A DNA stretch of 64,000 nucleotides, taken from NCBI GenBank assembly GCA_041661765.1, contig JBAZTV010000001.1, positions 300,791 through 364,790 on the forward strand, written 5' to 3'. Source of the DNA: Candidatus Shapirobacteria bacterium. GTDB taxonomy: Bacteria; Patescibacteriota; Microgenomatia; UBA12405. Position numbers and translations under genes: made by a program. Below the pieces are notes generated by a model, which saw nothing but the letters and a program-made list of their open reading frames with translations, had not been told where the DNA came from and searched no databases. Shown piece after piece: positions 28,017-37,416 of this stretch (position 1 is the first letter of the stretch; every line of letters begins with the position of its first letter).

Positions 28017-29033
28017 ATGAGTGTTCAATATCATCAGGAAATATTTTCAAATGGAAATATTGTTTTAAAGGTAAATTTTTCAGGAATTAAAGATAATATA
28101 ACAACAGCAACTGATTTAAGTATGTCTTTTTATGCCTATAATAAGAAGACGTGTCAACCAATATTTTCTGAGACATTAAACTTTGAACAGATAAAAAATT
28201 TATACGAATACTTAAATCGAATTTCAATTATCAAAGATTCATCAAAAACTATCACGGGCAAATTTGTTGAAGCCACAGGAGAAATTTTAGAATTATTAGA
28301 CGGTCTCAAAAATATTGATCCAAAAATTTTAAAAACTATTTTACTTAAACTAAATGAGGATGAAAAAATCAAAACTCTTTTAGAATCTCTATCTGAAATA
28401 GATTTAGAAAACCTCTCTGCGGCTTATAAACAAAAAAAATATCAAACGGAATTAGAAAATCTAAAAAAACTCCTAGAGTTAGAAGAAAAAAGCAATATTG
28501 TTGATGATATTAAAAAAGATGAAAGTTTAAAATCTTATGAGGCTGGACAGCCAGAAAAAATATTTCAAAAATGGATTGAACAGAATTTGTGGGTTTTTGG
28601 AGTTGAATATATTAAAAAACACAACGAAAGAAAGATTGCATTATTTAGTGAAGCTGACATTTTAATGGAATCAGCTGATGGGTTTTTGGATCTTATTGAG
28701 TTGAAAAGGCCAAAATATGAAATATTTCAATATGACACAAGTCATAATAGCTATTATCCATCATCTGATTTATCTAAAGTAATCGGTCAATGTTTATTTT
28801 ATTTACAGGAAATGGACGATCAAAAAGTAGTTTTAGAAAAAAAATACAAAGTAAAAATAATAAGACCTAGAATTAAAATAATTGCTGGAAGAACTTCGGA
28901 ATTTAAAAACGAACAATTTGAAGCGTTAAGGATGTTAAATTCAAATTTAAATTCCATTCAAATTATTTCATATGATAATTTGTTGGCATGCGGTCAAAAA
29001 ATAATATCTTTATATAAGGATGATGTAAAATAA
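28017..29033 (+). CDS. RecB-family PD-(D/E)xK nuclease-domain protein, Shedu (DUF4263)-like C-terminal domain with unknown N-terminal domain
   Basis: C-terminal half: ...NLWVFGVEY..., SEADILMESADGFLDLIELKRP (D...D..ELK), GQCLFY (QxxxY) ; N-terminal ~180 aa coiled-coil rich with no recognisable domain. Confidence 0.45.
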   Translation: MSVQYHQEIFSNGNIVLKVNFSGIKDNITTATDLSMSFYAYNKKTCQPIFSETLNFEQIKNLYEYLNRISIIKDSSKTITGKFVEATGEILELLDGLKNIDPKILKTILLKLNEDEKIKTLLESLSEIDLENLSAAYKQKKYQTELENLKKLLELEEKSNIVDDIKKDESLKSYEAGQPEKIFQKWIEQNLWVFGVEYIKKHNERKIALFSEADILMESADGFLDLIELKRPKYEIFQYDTSHNSYYPSSDLSKVIGQCLFYLQEMDDQKVVLEKKYKVKIIRPRIKIIAGRTSEFKNEQFEALRMLNSNLNSIQIISYDNLLACGQKIISLYKDDVK

Positions 29034-29036
29034 CCT

Positions 29037-30233
29037 ATGACCCTTATCTATATCCTCCTAATTCTAATTTTAATCGCCCAGGTTTATTTAATTCTTAAAT
29101 CAAAAAACACCGATAATACGGCGGAATTAATAAAAGAGCTCGATAAAATTCAAGTTAAATTAGAAAATTCCATCAAACAAGATTTTTCCCTAAATCGCCA
29201 AGAGTTAGGCACATCTTTTAATAATTTCTCCATTAAACTCGATAAACTTATCACTGGAATTAGTACCAATCTAAATCAAGTCCGCGAATCTATTGAAAAA
29301 CGACTTGAATTAATTCAAAAAGATAACTCTGTTCAACTTGAAAAAATGCGGGTTACTGTCGATGAAAAATTACAAAGCACTCTGGAAAAAAGACTAGGGG
29401 AGTCATTCAAACAAGTCAGCACTCAACTAGAATCAGTTTACAAAGGTTTAGGCGAAATGCAAACTTTAGCTGTTGGTGTCGGCGATCTCAAAAAAGTTTT
29501 ATCCAATGTCAAAATTCGCGGAACTTGGGGTGAAGTTCAACTCAACAGTTTATTGGAACAAATTTTAACTAACGACCAATATGATAAAAATGTGGCCGTC
29601 AAAAGTGGTAGTGCCGACCGGGTCGAATTTGCCATCCGTCTTCCCGGTAAAGACGATGAAAACAAGCAATGTTGGTTACCAATTGATTCTAAATTTCCAC
29701 TAGAGGATTATCAAAATTTAATTAAAGCCCAAGATGCCGTCGATTTGGTTCAAATCGAAATTTCTTCAAAAGCTTTGGAAAACAGAGTTAAAACCGAAGC
29801 CAAATATATTTTTGATAAATATATCGACCCACCCCATACCACCGATTTTGCCATCCTTTATCTTCCTATCGAAGGATTATATGCAGAAATTACCCAAAAA
29901 CAGGCATTAGTTGACACACTTCAACGACAATATCGGGTCACTATTGCTGGTCCAAACACCATTGCCGCCTTGCTCAACAGTTTGCAAATGGGTTTCCGCA
30001 CTCTTGTTATTGAAAAAAGATCTTCAGAAGTTTGGTCGGTTCTCGGAACCATTAAAAAAGAATTTGGCCTTTTTGGTGATCTTTTGGTTAAGACCAAAAA
30101 GAAACTTCAAGAAGCTACTAATACCATCGACGATGCCAGTTCAAAATCCAGAACTATCACCAGTAAATTAAATAAAGTCCAAAGTCTTACCGAAACTAAG
30201 GAAGAAAAAATAATTAGTTCTCTCCATGAATAA
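29037..30233 (+). CDS. rmuC: DNA recombination protein RmuC-family
   Basis: N-terminal TM, long coiled coil, then RmuC core (KIRGTWGEVQL, LPIDSKFPLEDY, DFAILYLPIEGLY, IAGPNT). Confidence 0.75.
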   Translation: MTLIYILLILILIAQVYLILKSKNTDNTAELIKELDKIQVKLENSIKQDFSLNRQELGTSFNNFSIKLDKLITGISTNLNQVRESIEKRLELIQKDNSVQLEKMRVTVDEKLQSTLEKRLGESFKQVSTQLESVYKGLGEMQTLAVGVGDLKKVLSNVKIRGTWGEVQLNSLLEQILTNDQYDKNVAVKSGSADRVEFAIRLPGKDDENKQCWLPIDSKFPLEDYQNLIKAQDAVDLVQIEISSKALENRVKTEAKYIFDKYIDPPHTTDFAILYLPIEGLYAEITQKQALVDTLQRQYRVTIAGPNTIAALLNSLQMGFRTLVIEKRSSEVWSVLGTIKKEFGLFGDLLVKTKKKLQEATNTIDDASSKSRTITSKLNKVQSLTETKEEKIISSLHE

Positions 30234-30528
30234 GAAGTTTTCCTATTATTCTCTTACTCTTGCGTCTATTTTCTTAATTTTCATCAATTTAGTTTCACCT
30301 GAACTTCTTTGGTCAAAAATAATTTTCTTTTTCATTATTTTTTGTTTCTTTTTTTCTACCATTTGCATTTTTTCTCAAAAATATTTAGCCAGTTTAATCA
30401 AAGCAATCTATTTAACTTCACTAGTTTTGCTTTTATTTTTCCAACAATTTAACACTATAAATATAATTCTTATTTCAATTATTTTGATTGTTTTTTTATT
30501 TCTAATATCTAAAAAAACAGTTTCATAA
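30226..30528 (+). CDS. small polytopic membrane protein, hypothetical
   Basis: 100 aa, three hydrophobic helices; overlaps rmuC stop by 8 nt. Confidence 0.35.
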   Translation: MNKKFSYYSLTLASIFLIFINLVSPELLWSKIIFFFIIFCFFFSTICIFSQKYLASLIKAIYLTSLVLLLFFQQFNTINIILISIILIVFLFLISKKTVS

Positions 30529-30643
30529 GTTTTTTGATAAAATACCCCACAACTAAATTTTCAGTAAAAACATTGAAAATATTGGTGTTCGCACCTTCAC
30601 ATAAATAAAATCTAAATTTAAAAAAAGAAAGGATGTTTTTGTA

Positions 30644-31366
30644 ATGGACTCAAAAGACAGAATCATTATCCCTATCGACAACAGTGGTCTCTACAAGGCT
30701 ATCAAAACAGTAGAGACACTAAAGCCCTATGTTGGAATGTTTAAATTTGGTTTAGAGATGATTACCTTTATAGTAACCAAAATAGCAACCACAGGGGATA
30801 TTACTTTGGCTAGAAAAGTCAAAGAATTATTTACTCTTGTCGAGGGTCAATTGTTTTGGGATGGCAAATGGGCAGATATTCCTAACACTGTCGGTCAGGC
30901 CGCTTTGGCTATTCAATCGTTGAATCCTAAATTAATCAATATTCATGCGTCATGCGGTGTGACGGCTATTAAGGAGGTGGTTAAAAACAAAGGGTTTAGT
31001 CAGGTTTTAGGAGTTACGGTTTTGACTAGTATTGACTCAGAAGAATGCGTTTCGATTTTTGGAAATAAACCAGGAATCAAAGTTGTTGAATTTGCCAAAT
31101 TTTTGATTGATTCTGGAGCTGATGGAATAATTTGTTCACCACAAGAATTAAGATTATTGGAAGGTTTTCCTTTAATAAAAGTTACTCCAGGGGTTAGACC
31201 AGTATGGGCATCAGTAAATGATCAAAAACGAGTTATGACCCCAAGTGAAGCAGTTAAAGCTGGTGCTGATTATCTTGTTATCGGCCGGCCTATTACTAGT
31301 CCACCAAATGGCATAACTCAGTTAGAGGCAGTTAAAAAAATAATTGAAGAATTGGAGGCAGTTTAA
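30644..31366 (+). CDS. pyrF: orotidine 5'-phosphate decarboxylase
   Basis: IIPIDNS..., KFGLE, ADIPNTV, GVRP...QKRVMTP...GADYLVIGRPI motifs. Confidence 0.75.
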   Translation: MDSKDRIIIPIDNSGLYKAIKTVETLKPYVGMFKFGLEMITFIVTKIATTGDITLARKVKELFTLVEGQLFWDGKWADIPNTVGQAALAIQSLNPKLINIHASCGVTAIKEVVKNKGFSQVLGVTVLTSIDSEECVSIFGNKPGIKVVEFAKFLIDSGADGIICSPQELRLLEGFPLIKVTPGVRPVWASVNDQKRVMTPSEAVKAGADYLVIGRPITSPPNGITQLEAVKKIIEELEAV

Positions 31367-32046
31367 TGAACAGAGTTATTCTTGATCCCTATAAAATATT
31401 AATCAGCCATGACGCTGTCTATCAATCACCAGTCAGTGCTAATGGAGAACTCCTCGGACCTTTAGTTGGTTATGCTGGCACTTATGTTAACGACAAAGGA
31501 GAAAAGGAAAACTATGTCGGTTCTGCCTATTTTAATATGGCTAAAGTAGAGGAAGATTCCTTTACTAGATGTTTTTTTGCGGATAATTTAGCTTGTCAAA
31601 TAAAGGAAAAGTTCTCCATATCATTAGTCCTCATTGGAGCGCCAATGGGTGGAATAATTTTTACTGTAACCATCGCCGACATCTTAAAAAGTCGGGCGAC
31701 TTTTTTTGAAAAAAAAGAATCAGAATTAGTTTTTAACCGCCACACCCTCAAAAAAGGTGACAAAGTAATATTGGTTGAAGACCTTGTAAATAATTTCTCT
31801 ACCACTAACAAAATGATTAAAATTGTCACAAATATGGGTGCTGAAGTTAAAGCCATTGCTTGTGTTTTTAATCGATCACCTTATGATAATTGGGAAGGAA
31901 TTCCGGTGATATCAGTCATTCATAAATCTGCCCCAGAGTTCAAGCAAAATGACCCGGTGGTTAAAAAATTAATTGAGGCCGGCAATATTGTCTGGAAACC
32001 AAAAGCCGAATGGCCTAGGCTCAAAGCAGCTATGCAAACTGTCTAA
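31366..32046 (+). CDS. phosphoribosyltransferase-domain protein, possibly orotate phosphoribosyltransferase-like (divergent PRPP motif)
   Basis: ATGA overlap with pyrF; type I PRTase-like segment VILVEDLVNNFSTT (PRPP loop not canonical). Confidence 0.45.
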   Translation: MNRVILDPYKILISHDAVYQSPVSANGELLGPLVGYAGTYVNDKGEKENYVGSAYFNMAKVEEDSFTRCFFADNLACQIKEKFSISLVLIGAPMGGIIFTVTIADILKSRATFFEKKESELVFNRHTLKKGDKVILVEDLVNNFSTTNKMIKIVTNMGAEVKAIACVFNRSPYDNWEGIPVISVIHKSAPEFKQNDPVVKKLIEAGNIVWKPKAEWPRLKAAMQTV

Positions 32047-32071
32047 TAAATTAGGTTTTATGTATGTGATT

Positions 32072-32111
32072 ACCGGTAGGTATTTTGTTTTCAAACAAAA
32101 CATCTACCGGT
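32072..32111. repeat. 40-nt imperfect palindrome ACCGGTAG...CTACCGGT (GTAG/CTAC-terminated, REP-like) between pyrE-like gene and hrcA; likely terminator hairpin
   Basis: Read directly: ACCGGTAGGTATTTTGTTT-TC-AAACAAAACATCTACCGGT. Confidence 0.45.
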
Positions 32112-32126
32112 TTTCTATTTCCCCTC

Positions 32127-32163
32127 TTGACACCAATTAGCACTCAGTCTATTATATTGCTAA
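32127..32163 (+). promoter_or_regulatory. hrcA promoter (TTGACA-17-TATTAT) overlapping a degenerate CIRCE operator (TTAGCACTC-N9-TATTGCTAA)
   Basis: -35 32127..32132, -10 32150..32155; CIRCE left arm perfect, right arm 6/9 vs GAGTGCTAA, 32137..32163. Confidence 0.5.
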
Positions 32164-32164
32164 T

Positions 32165-32902
32165 ATGTCAGATTTAACTCAAAGACAAATAAAAATACTC
32201 AAATGTGTAGTCGAGGAATTTATTGAAACTGCTGATCCAATTGGATCTGAAACTCTCGAAAAAAAATATGCTTTAGGTATTTCTTCTGCCACCATCAGAA
32301 ACGAAATGATAGCTCTTACCCAGCTTGGTTTTTTAAAAAAAGGACATCTTTCTTCTGGTCGCACACCAACTTCAATGGGTCTCAAATATTATGTCCGAAA
32401 TTTAATGACCCCAAAAAATTTGTCCGTCAGCGATGAAATTGGTGCCAAAGAAAAAATTTGGGAATACCGAAATGAATTTGATCGTTTACTTCGTGAAACA
32501 ATAAAAGAGTTGGCCCAACGCACTCGCTCTATGGCCATTGTCACCACCGATCAAGGTACTATTCATAGCTATGGTGCTTCAAATTTATTAGAAGAACCAG
32601 AATTTTTTAATATTGATGTTACTAAAACAGTCCTATCTCTAATCGACAATGCCACTTTTTGGTATCAAATTGTTGGTAAAGCTGGAAGTTTAAATCCAGA
32701 ATCTTCCGAAATAGTTCATCTTTTAATTGGTGAAGATCTCGGAATGGAACATCTCGAGCCGTGTGGTTTTATTTATCAAAATTATGAATCTGGTCCACAT
32801 AGAGGGATTGTTGGTATAGTCGGTCCAGCCCGCTTTAAATATTCATACGTTGTCCCAGTCGTCGATTATTTTGCTGAGTTACTTTCCACTGTTAGTCGTT
32901 AA
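32165..32902 (+). CDS. hrcA: heat-inducible transcription repressor HrcA (short form)
   Basis: N-terminal winged HTH LSDLTQRQIKILKCVVEEFIETADPIGSETL typical of HrcA; followed by grpE-dnaK-dnaJ. Confidence 0.75.
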   Translation: MSDLTQRQIKILKCVVEEFIETADPIGSETLEKKYALGISSATIRNEMIALTQLGFLKKGHLSSGRTPTSMGLKYYVRNLMTPKNLSVSDEIGAKEKIWEYRNEFDRLLRETIKELAQRTRSMAIVTTDQGTIHSYGASNLLEEPEFFNIDVTKTVLSLIDNATFWYQIVGKAGSLNPESSEIVHLLIGEDLGMEHLEPCGFIYQNYESGPHRGIVGIVGPARFKYSYVVPVVDYFAELLSTVSR

Positions 32903-32909
32903 TAAAAAT

Positions 32910-33368
32910 ATGCCAAAAAATCAAAAGGTAAAACATATCAGTTCTAATAACACCGAATTATTAGAAAAAATCACTTCATTAGAAGAAAGATTAGCCCGAT
33001 CTTTAGCTGATTATTCTAATTTAGAAAAAAGAATTGATTCTCAGCGTCAATTATTTATTACTTTAGCCACCACCTCCATTTTAAGCAAAATGGTTGAAGT
33101 TTTAGATAATTTTTATTTAGCACAAAACCATCTCAATGACCCAGGACTTAAAATGGCTATTGATAAATTTGATTCAGTTTTAAAAACTGAGGGTTTAGAA
33201 GAAATTAATCCTTTGGGCTTAGAATTTGATCCACATTCAATGGAATGCATTGAAACTGTCGAAGGCAAAGAAAATTTTGTCATCGAAGTTAAAAAATTAG
33301 GTTATAAATTAAACGGTCATGTTGTCCGACCAGCCCAAGTCTCAGTTGGTAAAAATTTGCCAAATTAA
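32910..33368 (+). CDS. grpE: nucleotide exchange factor GrpE
   Basis: ATG at 32910 (MPKNQKV...); coiled-coil then GrpE C-terminal beta domain; track ORF start 32850 overlaps hrcA in-frame extension. Confidence 0.8.
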   Translation: MPKNQKVKHISSNNTELLEKITSLEERLARSLADYSNLEKRIDSQRQLFITLATTSILSKMVEVLDNFYLAQNHLNDPGLKMAIDKFDSVLKTEGLEEINPLGLEFDPHSMECIETVEGKENFVIEVKKLGYKLNGHVVRPAQVSVGKNLPN

Positions 33369-33379
33369 ATAATTAAACC

Positions 33380-33406
33380 GTAGAGACGACCAATATGGGC
33401 GTCTCA
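33380..33406. repeat. degenerate REP hairpin (GTAGAGACG-ACCAATATGGG-CGTCTC)
   Basis: Between grpE stop and dnaK start. Confidence 0.45.
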
Positions 33407-33464
33407 AATAAAAAATTTAAAAATAATTTTATAAATTAAAAGTTAAAGATTAAATAAAAAACAT

Positions 33465-35372
33465 ATGTCAAATAAAATCATCGGAATCGATCTTGGCACC
33501 ACCAATTCCTGCGTAGCAGTTATGGAAGGTGGTTCTCCAAAAGTTATTATCAGTTCAGAAGGCCGCAATACCATTCCTTCTATTGTCGAGCCAGTTAAAA
33601 AACTAGTTGGCGATTTAGCTAAACGACAAATGGTTCTTAACTCTAAAAACACTATTTATAGTGTTAAAAGATTAATGGGCCGCCGAATGGACGACCCAGA
33701 GGTTAAAAAAAGTCAAGCAGCTTCTCCTTATAAGATAGTTGCCGGTAAAGACAATACCGCCTGTGTTGAAATTGATGGTAAAGTTTATACCCCTCAAGAA
33801 ATTTCGGCCATGATTTTACAAAAATGCAAAGCCGACGCTGAAAAATATCTCGGCGAAAAAGTTACAGATGCTGTCATTACTGTCCCAGCCTATTTTGATG
33901 ACTCCCAACGACAAGCCACTAAACAAGCCGGAGAAATTGCCGGTCTTAATGTTCAACGAATTGTTAACGAACCAACCGCTGCTGCTTTAGCTTATGGTTT
34001 AGATAAAAAAGGTAATGAATTGGTTGCAGTTTATGATTTAGGTGGAGGTACTTTTGATATTTCCATCCTAGAAATTGGTGGTGGAATTTTCGAAGTCAAA
34101 TCCACTAATGGTGATACTTTCCTCGGCGGTGATGATTTTGATCAAAAAATTATCACTTGGATTAGTGACGATTTTCAAAAACAAAATGGCGTCGATTTAA
34201 GTAAAGATCCTCAAGCTCTTCAACGTGTTCGAGAAGCTGCTGAAAAAGCCAAAATCGAGCTCAGCTCTGCCGCTGAAACAGAAATTAATTTACCTTTCAT
34301 CACTCAAAAAGACGGTCAACCACTTCATTTGACTAAAAAACTGACTCGATCCGAATTGGAAAAATTAGTCGATGATTTGATCCAAAAAACCATTGGTCCA
34401 GTTGAAAAATCTCTCAAGGACGCTGGTGTGTCTAAAAACGATATTAAAGAGATAATTATGGTTGGTGGTATGACTCGTATGCCTAAAATTCAAGAAGTTG
34501 TTAAAAATTTCTTTGGTAAAGATTTAAATAATACTGTTAATCCAGATGAAGTCGTTGCCATCGGTGCTGCTGTTCAAGGTGCTGTTTTAACTGGTGAAGT
34601 TAAAGATGTAGTTCTATTAGATGTCACTCCTTTAACTCTCGGCATTGAGACTGCTGGCGGTGTTCGTACCCCTCTGATCGATAGAAATACCACTGTTCCT
34701 ACTAAAAAATCTCAAGTCTTTACCACTTATGCTGACAGTCAACCCCAGGTGGAAATCAATGTTCTTCAAGGTGAACGACCAATGGCCACTGATAATAAAA
34801 CTCTAGGCCGCTTTGTTTTAGACGGTATTGCCCCAGCTCCTCGTGGCATGCCTCAAATTGAAGTCACTTTTGATATCGACAGTAACGGTATTCTCTCTGT
34901 TTCTGCCAAAGATAAGGGCACAAATAAAGAACAAAAAATTACCATTCAAAACGCCACTAATCTTAAAGAAGAAGAAATTGAGCAGATGAAAAAAGAAGCT
35001 GAAGCTCACGCTCAAGAAGATGAAGATCGAAAAGGTCTAGCTGAAGCTAAAAATAAATTAGACGGTACCATTTTTTCTGGTGAAAAAACTTTAAAGGATT
35101 TTGCCGATAAAGTTAAACCAGAAGATAAGGAAAAAATCGAAGCTCAACTTAAGACTGCTCGAGAGATTTTAGCTAAAACTGATACTAATAAAGATGAATT
35201 AGATAAAGCTTCAGAAGAATTAAACCAAATTTTACAAACAATTGGTGCTGCTATTTATCAACAACAGGCTCCGCCAACCGGTGGTCCGGAAGCCGAAGCT
35301 CAACCAAAAGCCGAAGAATCAAAATCAGACAATTCTAAAAAAGAAGCTGAAGAAGGCGAAGTCGTTCAATAA
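33465..35372 (+). CDS. dnaK: molecular chaperone DnaK (Hsp70)
   Basis: [22 protein letters not shown], full Hsp70 NBD+SBD; 635 aa. Confidence 0.95.
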   Translation: MSNKIIGIDLGTTNSCVAVMEGGSPKVIISSEGRNTIPSIVEPVKKLVGDLAKRQMVLNSKNTIYSVKRLMGRRMDDPEVKKSQAASPYKIVAGKDNTACVEIDGKVYTPQEISAMILQKCKADAEKYLGEKVTDAVITVPAYFDDSQRQATKQAGEIAGLNVQRIVNEPTAAALAYGLDKKGNELVAVYDLGGGTFDISILEIGGGIFEVKSTNGDTFLGGDDFDQKIITWISDDFQKQNGVDLSKDPQALQRVREAAEKAKIELSSAAETEINLPFITQKDGQPLHLTKKLTRSELEKLVDDLIQKTIGPVEKSLKDAGVSKNDIKEIIMVGGMTRMPKIQEVVKNFFGKDLNNTVNPDEVVAIGAAVQGAVLTGEVKDVVLLDVTPLTLGIETAGGVRTPLIDRNTTVPTKKSQVFTTYADSQPQVEINVLQGERPMATDNKTLGRFVLDGIAPAPRGMPQIEVTFDIDSNGILSVSAKDKGTNKEQKITIQNATNLKEEEIEQMKKEAEAHAQEDEDRKGLAEAKNKLDGTIFSGEKTLKDFADKVKPEDKEKIEAQLKTAREILAKTDTNKDELDKASEELNQILQTIGAAIYQQQAPPTGGPEAEAQPKAEESKSDNSKKEAEEGEVVQ

Positions 35373-35384
35373 TAATATTATTCC

Positions 35385-35412
35385 GTAGAGACGCCATGCA
35401 TGGCGTCTCTAC
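35385..35412. repeat. REP hairpin, 28-nt perfect palindrome GTAGAGACGCCATG|CATGGCGTCTCTAC
   Basis: Between dnaK stop and dnaJ start. Confidence 0.6.
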
Positions 35413-35442
35413 TTGATGGTTGATGATGTTAAAATAGACCTT

Positions 35443-36297
35443 ATGAAAAAAGATTTTTATGAATTATTAGGTGTTCCTAAAACTGCCACCAAAGAAGAAA
35501 TTAAAAGCGCTTACCGTAAGTCAGCTCTTAAATTTCACCCCGACAAAAACAAAGCTCCCGATGCTGAAGATAAATTTAAAGAAATAAATGAAGCCTACGA
35601 AGTTTTAAGTAATAATCAAAAAAAATCGGCTTATGATAAATTTGGACATGCTGCTTTTGATCCATCTTCAGGTGGCTTTGGTGGTCATACCTACACTCAG
35701 CAAAATGGTCCTAATTTTACCTACACCCAAGGCGGTAACCCATTTAGTGGTGCCGATTTTGATTTTGGTGGGTTCAGTAACCCTTTTGATATTTTTGAAC
35801 AATTTTTCGGTGGTTCTTTTGGTGGACAACAAAGCCGAGGTAAAAGAATTGAAACTTACAAAATCTCTCTTTCCTTTTTAGAAGCCGCCAATGGTTGTCA
35901 AAAAGAAGTTTCCATTGACGGTCATAATAAAACTATTAAAATTCCAGCCGGTGTTGATGATGGTCAAAAAATTCGTTTCTCAGAATTTGTACTTTATATT
36001 GATGTTCAGCCAGATAAAGTTTTTAAACGTGACGGTAATGATGTTTTTATAAATATAAACATAAAACTAAATCAAGCCATTTTTGGTGAAACTATTGAAG
36101 TTTCTACTCTCAAAGATCCACTCAAAGTGCGTATAAAACCAGGCACTCAACCAAATACCTTAATTCGTCTTAAAGGACAAGGGGTTAAAGATGTAAATGG
36201 CTACGGACAGGGTGATTTTTATATCCGTCTTTTTATTGAAATTCCTACCAAACTAACTTCCCGCCAAAAAGACCTATTAAAACAGCTCGATTTGTAA
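35443..36297 (+). CDS. dnaJ: DnaJ-family co-chaperone (J domain + G/F region + C-terminal substrate-binding domains, no zinc finger)
   Basis: ATG 35443 (MKKDFYELLGV...), HPD motif (KFHPDKN), G/F-rich linker; no CxxCxGxG repeats. Confidence 0.75.
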   Translation: MKKDFYELLGVPKTATKEEIKSAYRKSALKFHPDKNKAPDAEDKFKEINEAYEVLSNNQKKSAYDKFGHAAFDPSSGGFGGHTYTQQNGPNFTYTQGGNPFSGADFDFGGFSNPFDIFEQFFGGSFGGQQSRGKRIETYKISLSFLEAANGCQKEVSIDGHNKTIKIPAGVDDGQKIRFSEFVLYIDVQPDKVFKRDGNDVFININIKLNQAIFGETIEVSTLKDPLKVRIKPGTQPNTLIRLKGQGVKDVNGYGQGDFYIRLFIEIPTKLTSRQKDLLKQLDL

Positions 36298-36303
36298 TTT
36301 TTC

Positions 36304-36312
36304 TGGTATAAT
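36304..36312 (+). promoter_or_regulatory. extended -10 promoter (TG-G-TATAAT) for nusA-infB operon
   Basis: ttcTGgTATAATc read directly about 80 nt upstream of nusA. Confidence 0.4.
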
Positions 36313-36345
36313 CTAACCATAATTATTTTGCAGTGTTTTAAACCC

Positions 36346-36369
36346 GGGGCTGAGAAAAGCCCCTTTTTT
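36346..36369 (+). terminator. intrinsic-terminator-like hairpin + T6 in nusA leader (candidate attenuator)
   Basis: GGGGCT-GAGAAA-AGCCCC followed by TTTTTT, located between the promoter and the nusA RBS (AAAGGAGA). Confidence 0.45.
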
Positions 36370-36391
36370 GATACTGCTAAAAGGAGATAAT

Positions 36392-37384
36392 ATGGATTTA
36401 AAAAAACTACCTAAAACAGAATTTGCCGCAGCTGTGGCTCAAATTGCTGGCGAAAGAAATATTGATGTTCAATCTATTTTAGATTCAATTGAATTTGGAC
36501 TTATCTCAGCGTATAAACGTGACCAAAAAGAACATGGCACCATTGTCCCAGACGAAGATATTTTTACCGCCGAATTAGCTCCAGAAACCGGATCATTCAA
36601 GGTCTACAAAATTGATGGTGATAAAAAAACAGATGTTACTCCTCCTGGTTTTGGTAGAATTGCTGCTCAAACTGCTAAACAAGTTATCGACCAAAGAATC
36701 CATGAGGTTGAAAAAGAATCAATTGTTTCTGAGTTTGAAAAGAAAATGGGAACCCTTATCTCTTGTATTGTCTTAAAAAACGATCCTTACAAAATGGTTG
36801 TTGGTGTTGGTAAGACCGAAGGAATTTGTCCAAAAGATGAGCAAATTAGAGACGAAATTATTCCTCTTGGAGCTAAAAAATTATTTTTATTAAAAGAAAT
36901 CATTCGTGACGAAACTGGTCGCAGTGAAATCATTTTATCTCGAAGAGATAATGCTTTCGTTAAAGAATTATTTTCTCGCGAAGTTCCAGAAGTTGCTAAT
37001 GGTTCGGTTGTAATCGAAAAGATAGCGAGAACCGCTGGCGAAAGAACTAAAGTTGCCGTTTCTTCAAACCAAGCTGGAATCGATCCAGTTGGTTCTTGTA
37101 TTGGCCAAAAAGGTTCTCGTATTCAAGCAATTTTAAGTGAATTACCAATGGAAGAAAAGGTTGATGTAGTCGCTTTTTCTCAAAATATAACTCAATTTAT
37201 TACTCAAGCTCTTTCTCCAGCTCAAAATGTCAAAGTTGTTGAAATCAAAAACAACTGTGCTTTTGTCACTGTTCCAGAATCGCAATTAGCTCTGGCAATT
37301 GGCGGTGGCGGTGAAAATGTTCGCTTGGCTGGTCAATTAGTTGGCCTTGAAATAAAACTTACCGACGATAAATCTTCTAAGTAA
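36392..37384 (+). CDS. nusA: transcription termination/antitermination factor NusA
   Basis: ATG 36392 after AAAGGAGA RBS; S1 and two KH domains (GKTEG...; IGQKGSRIQ). Confidence 0.85.
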   Translation: MDLKKLPKTEFAAAVAQIAGERNIDVQSILDSIEFGLISAYKRDQKEHGTIVPDEDIFTAELAPETGSFKVYKIDGDKKTDVTPPGFGRIAAQTAKQVIDQRIHEVEKESIVSEFEKKMGTLISCIVLKNDPYKMVVGVGKTEGICPKDEQIRDEIIPLGAKKLFLLKEIIRDETGRSEIILSRRDNAFVKELFSREVPEVANGSVVIEKIARTAGERTKVAVSSNQAGIDPVGSCIGQKGSRIQAILSELPMEEKVDVVAFSQNITQFITQALSPAQNVKVVEIKNNCAFVTVPESQLALAIGGGGENVRLAGQLVGLEIKLTDDKSSK

Positions 37385-37416
37385 TTTTGTTTCAGTTATT
37401 CCTTTAAATTCAAAAT

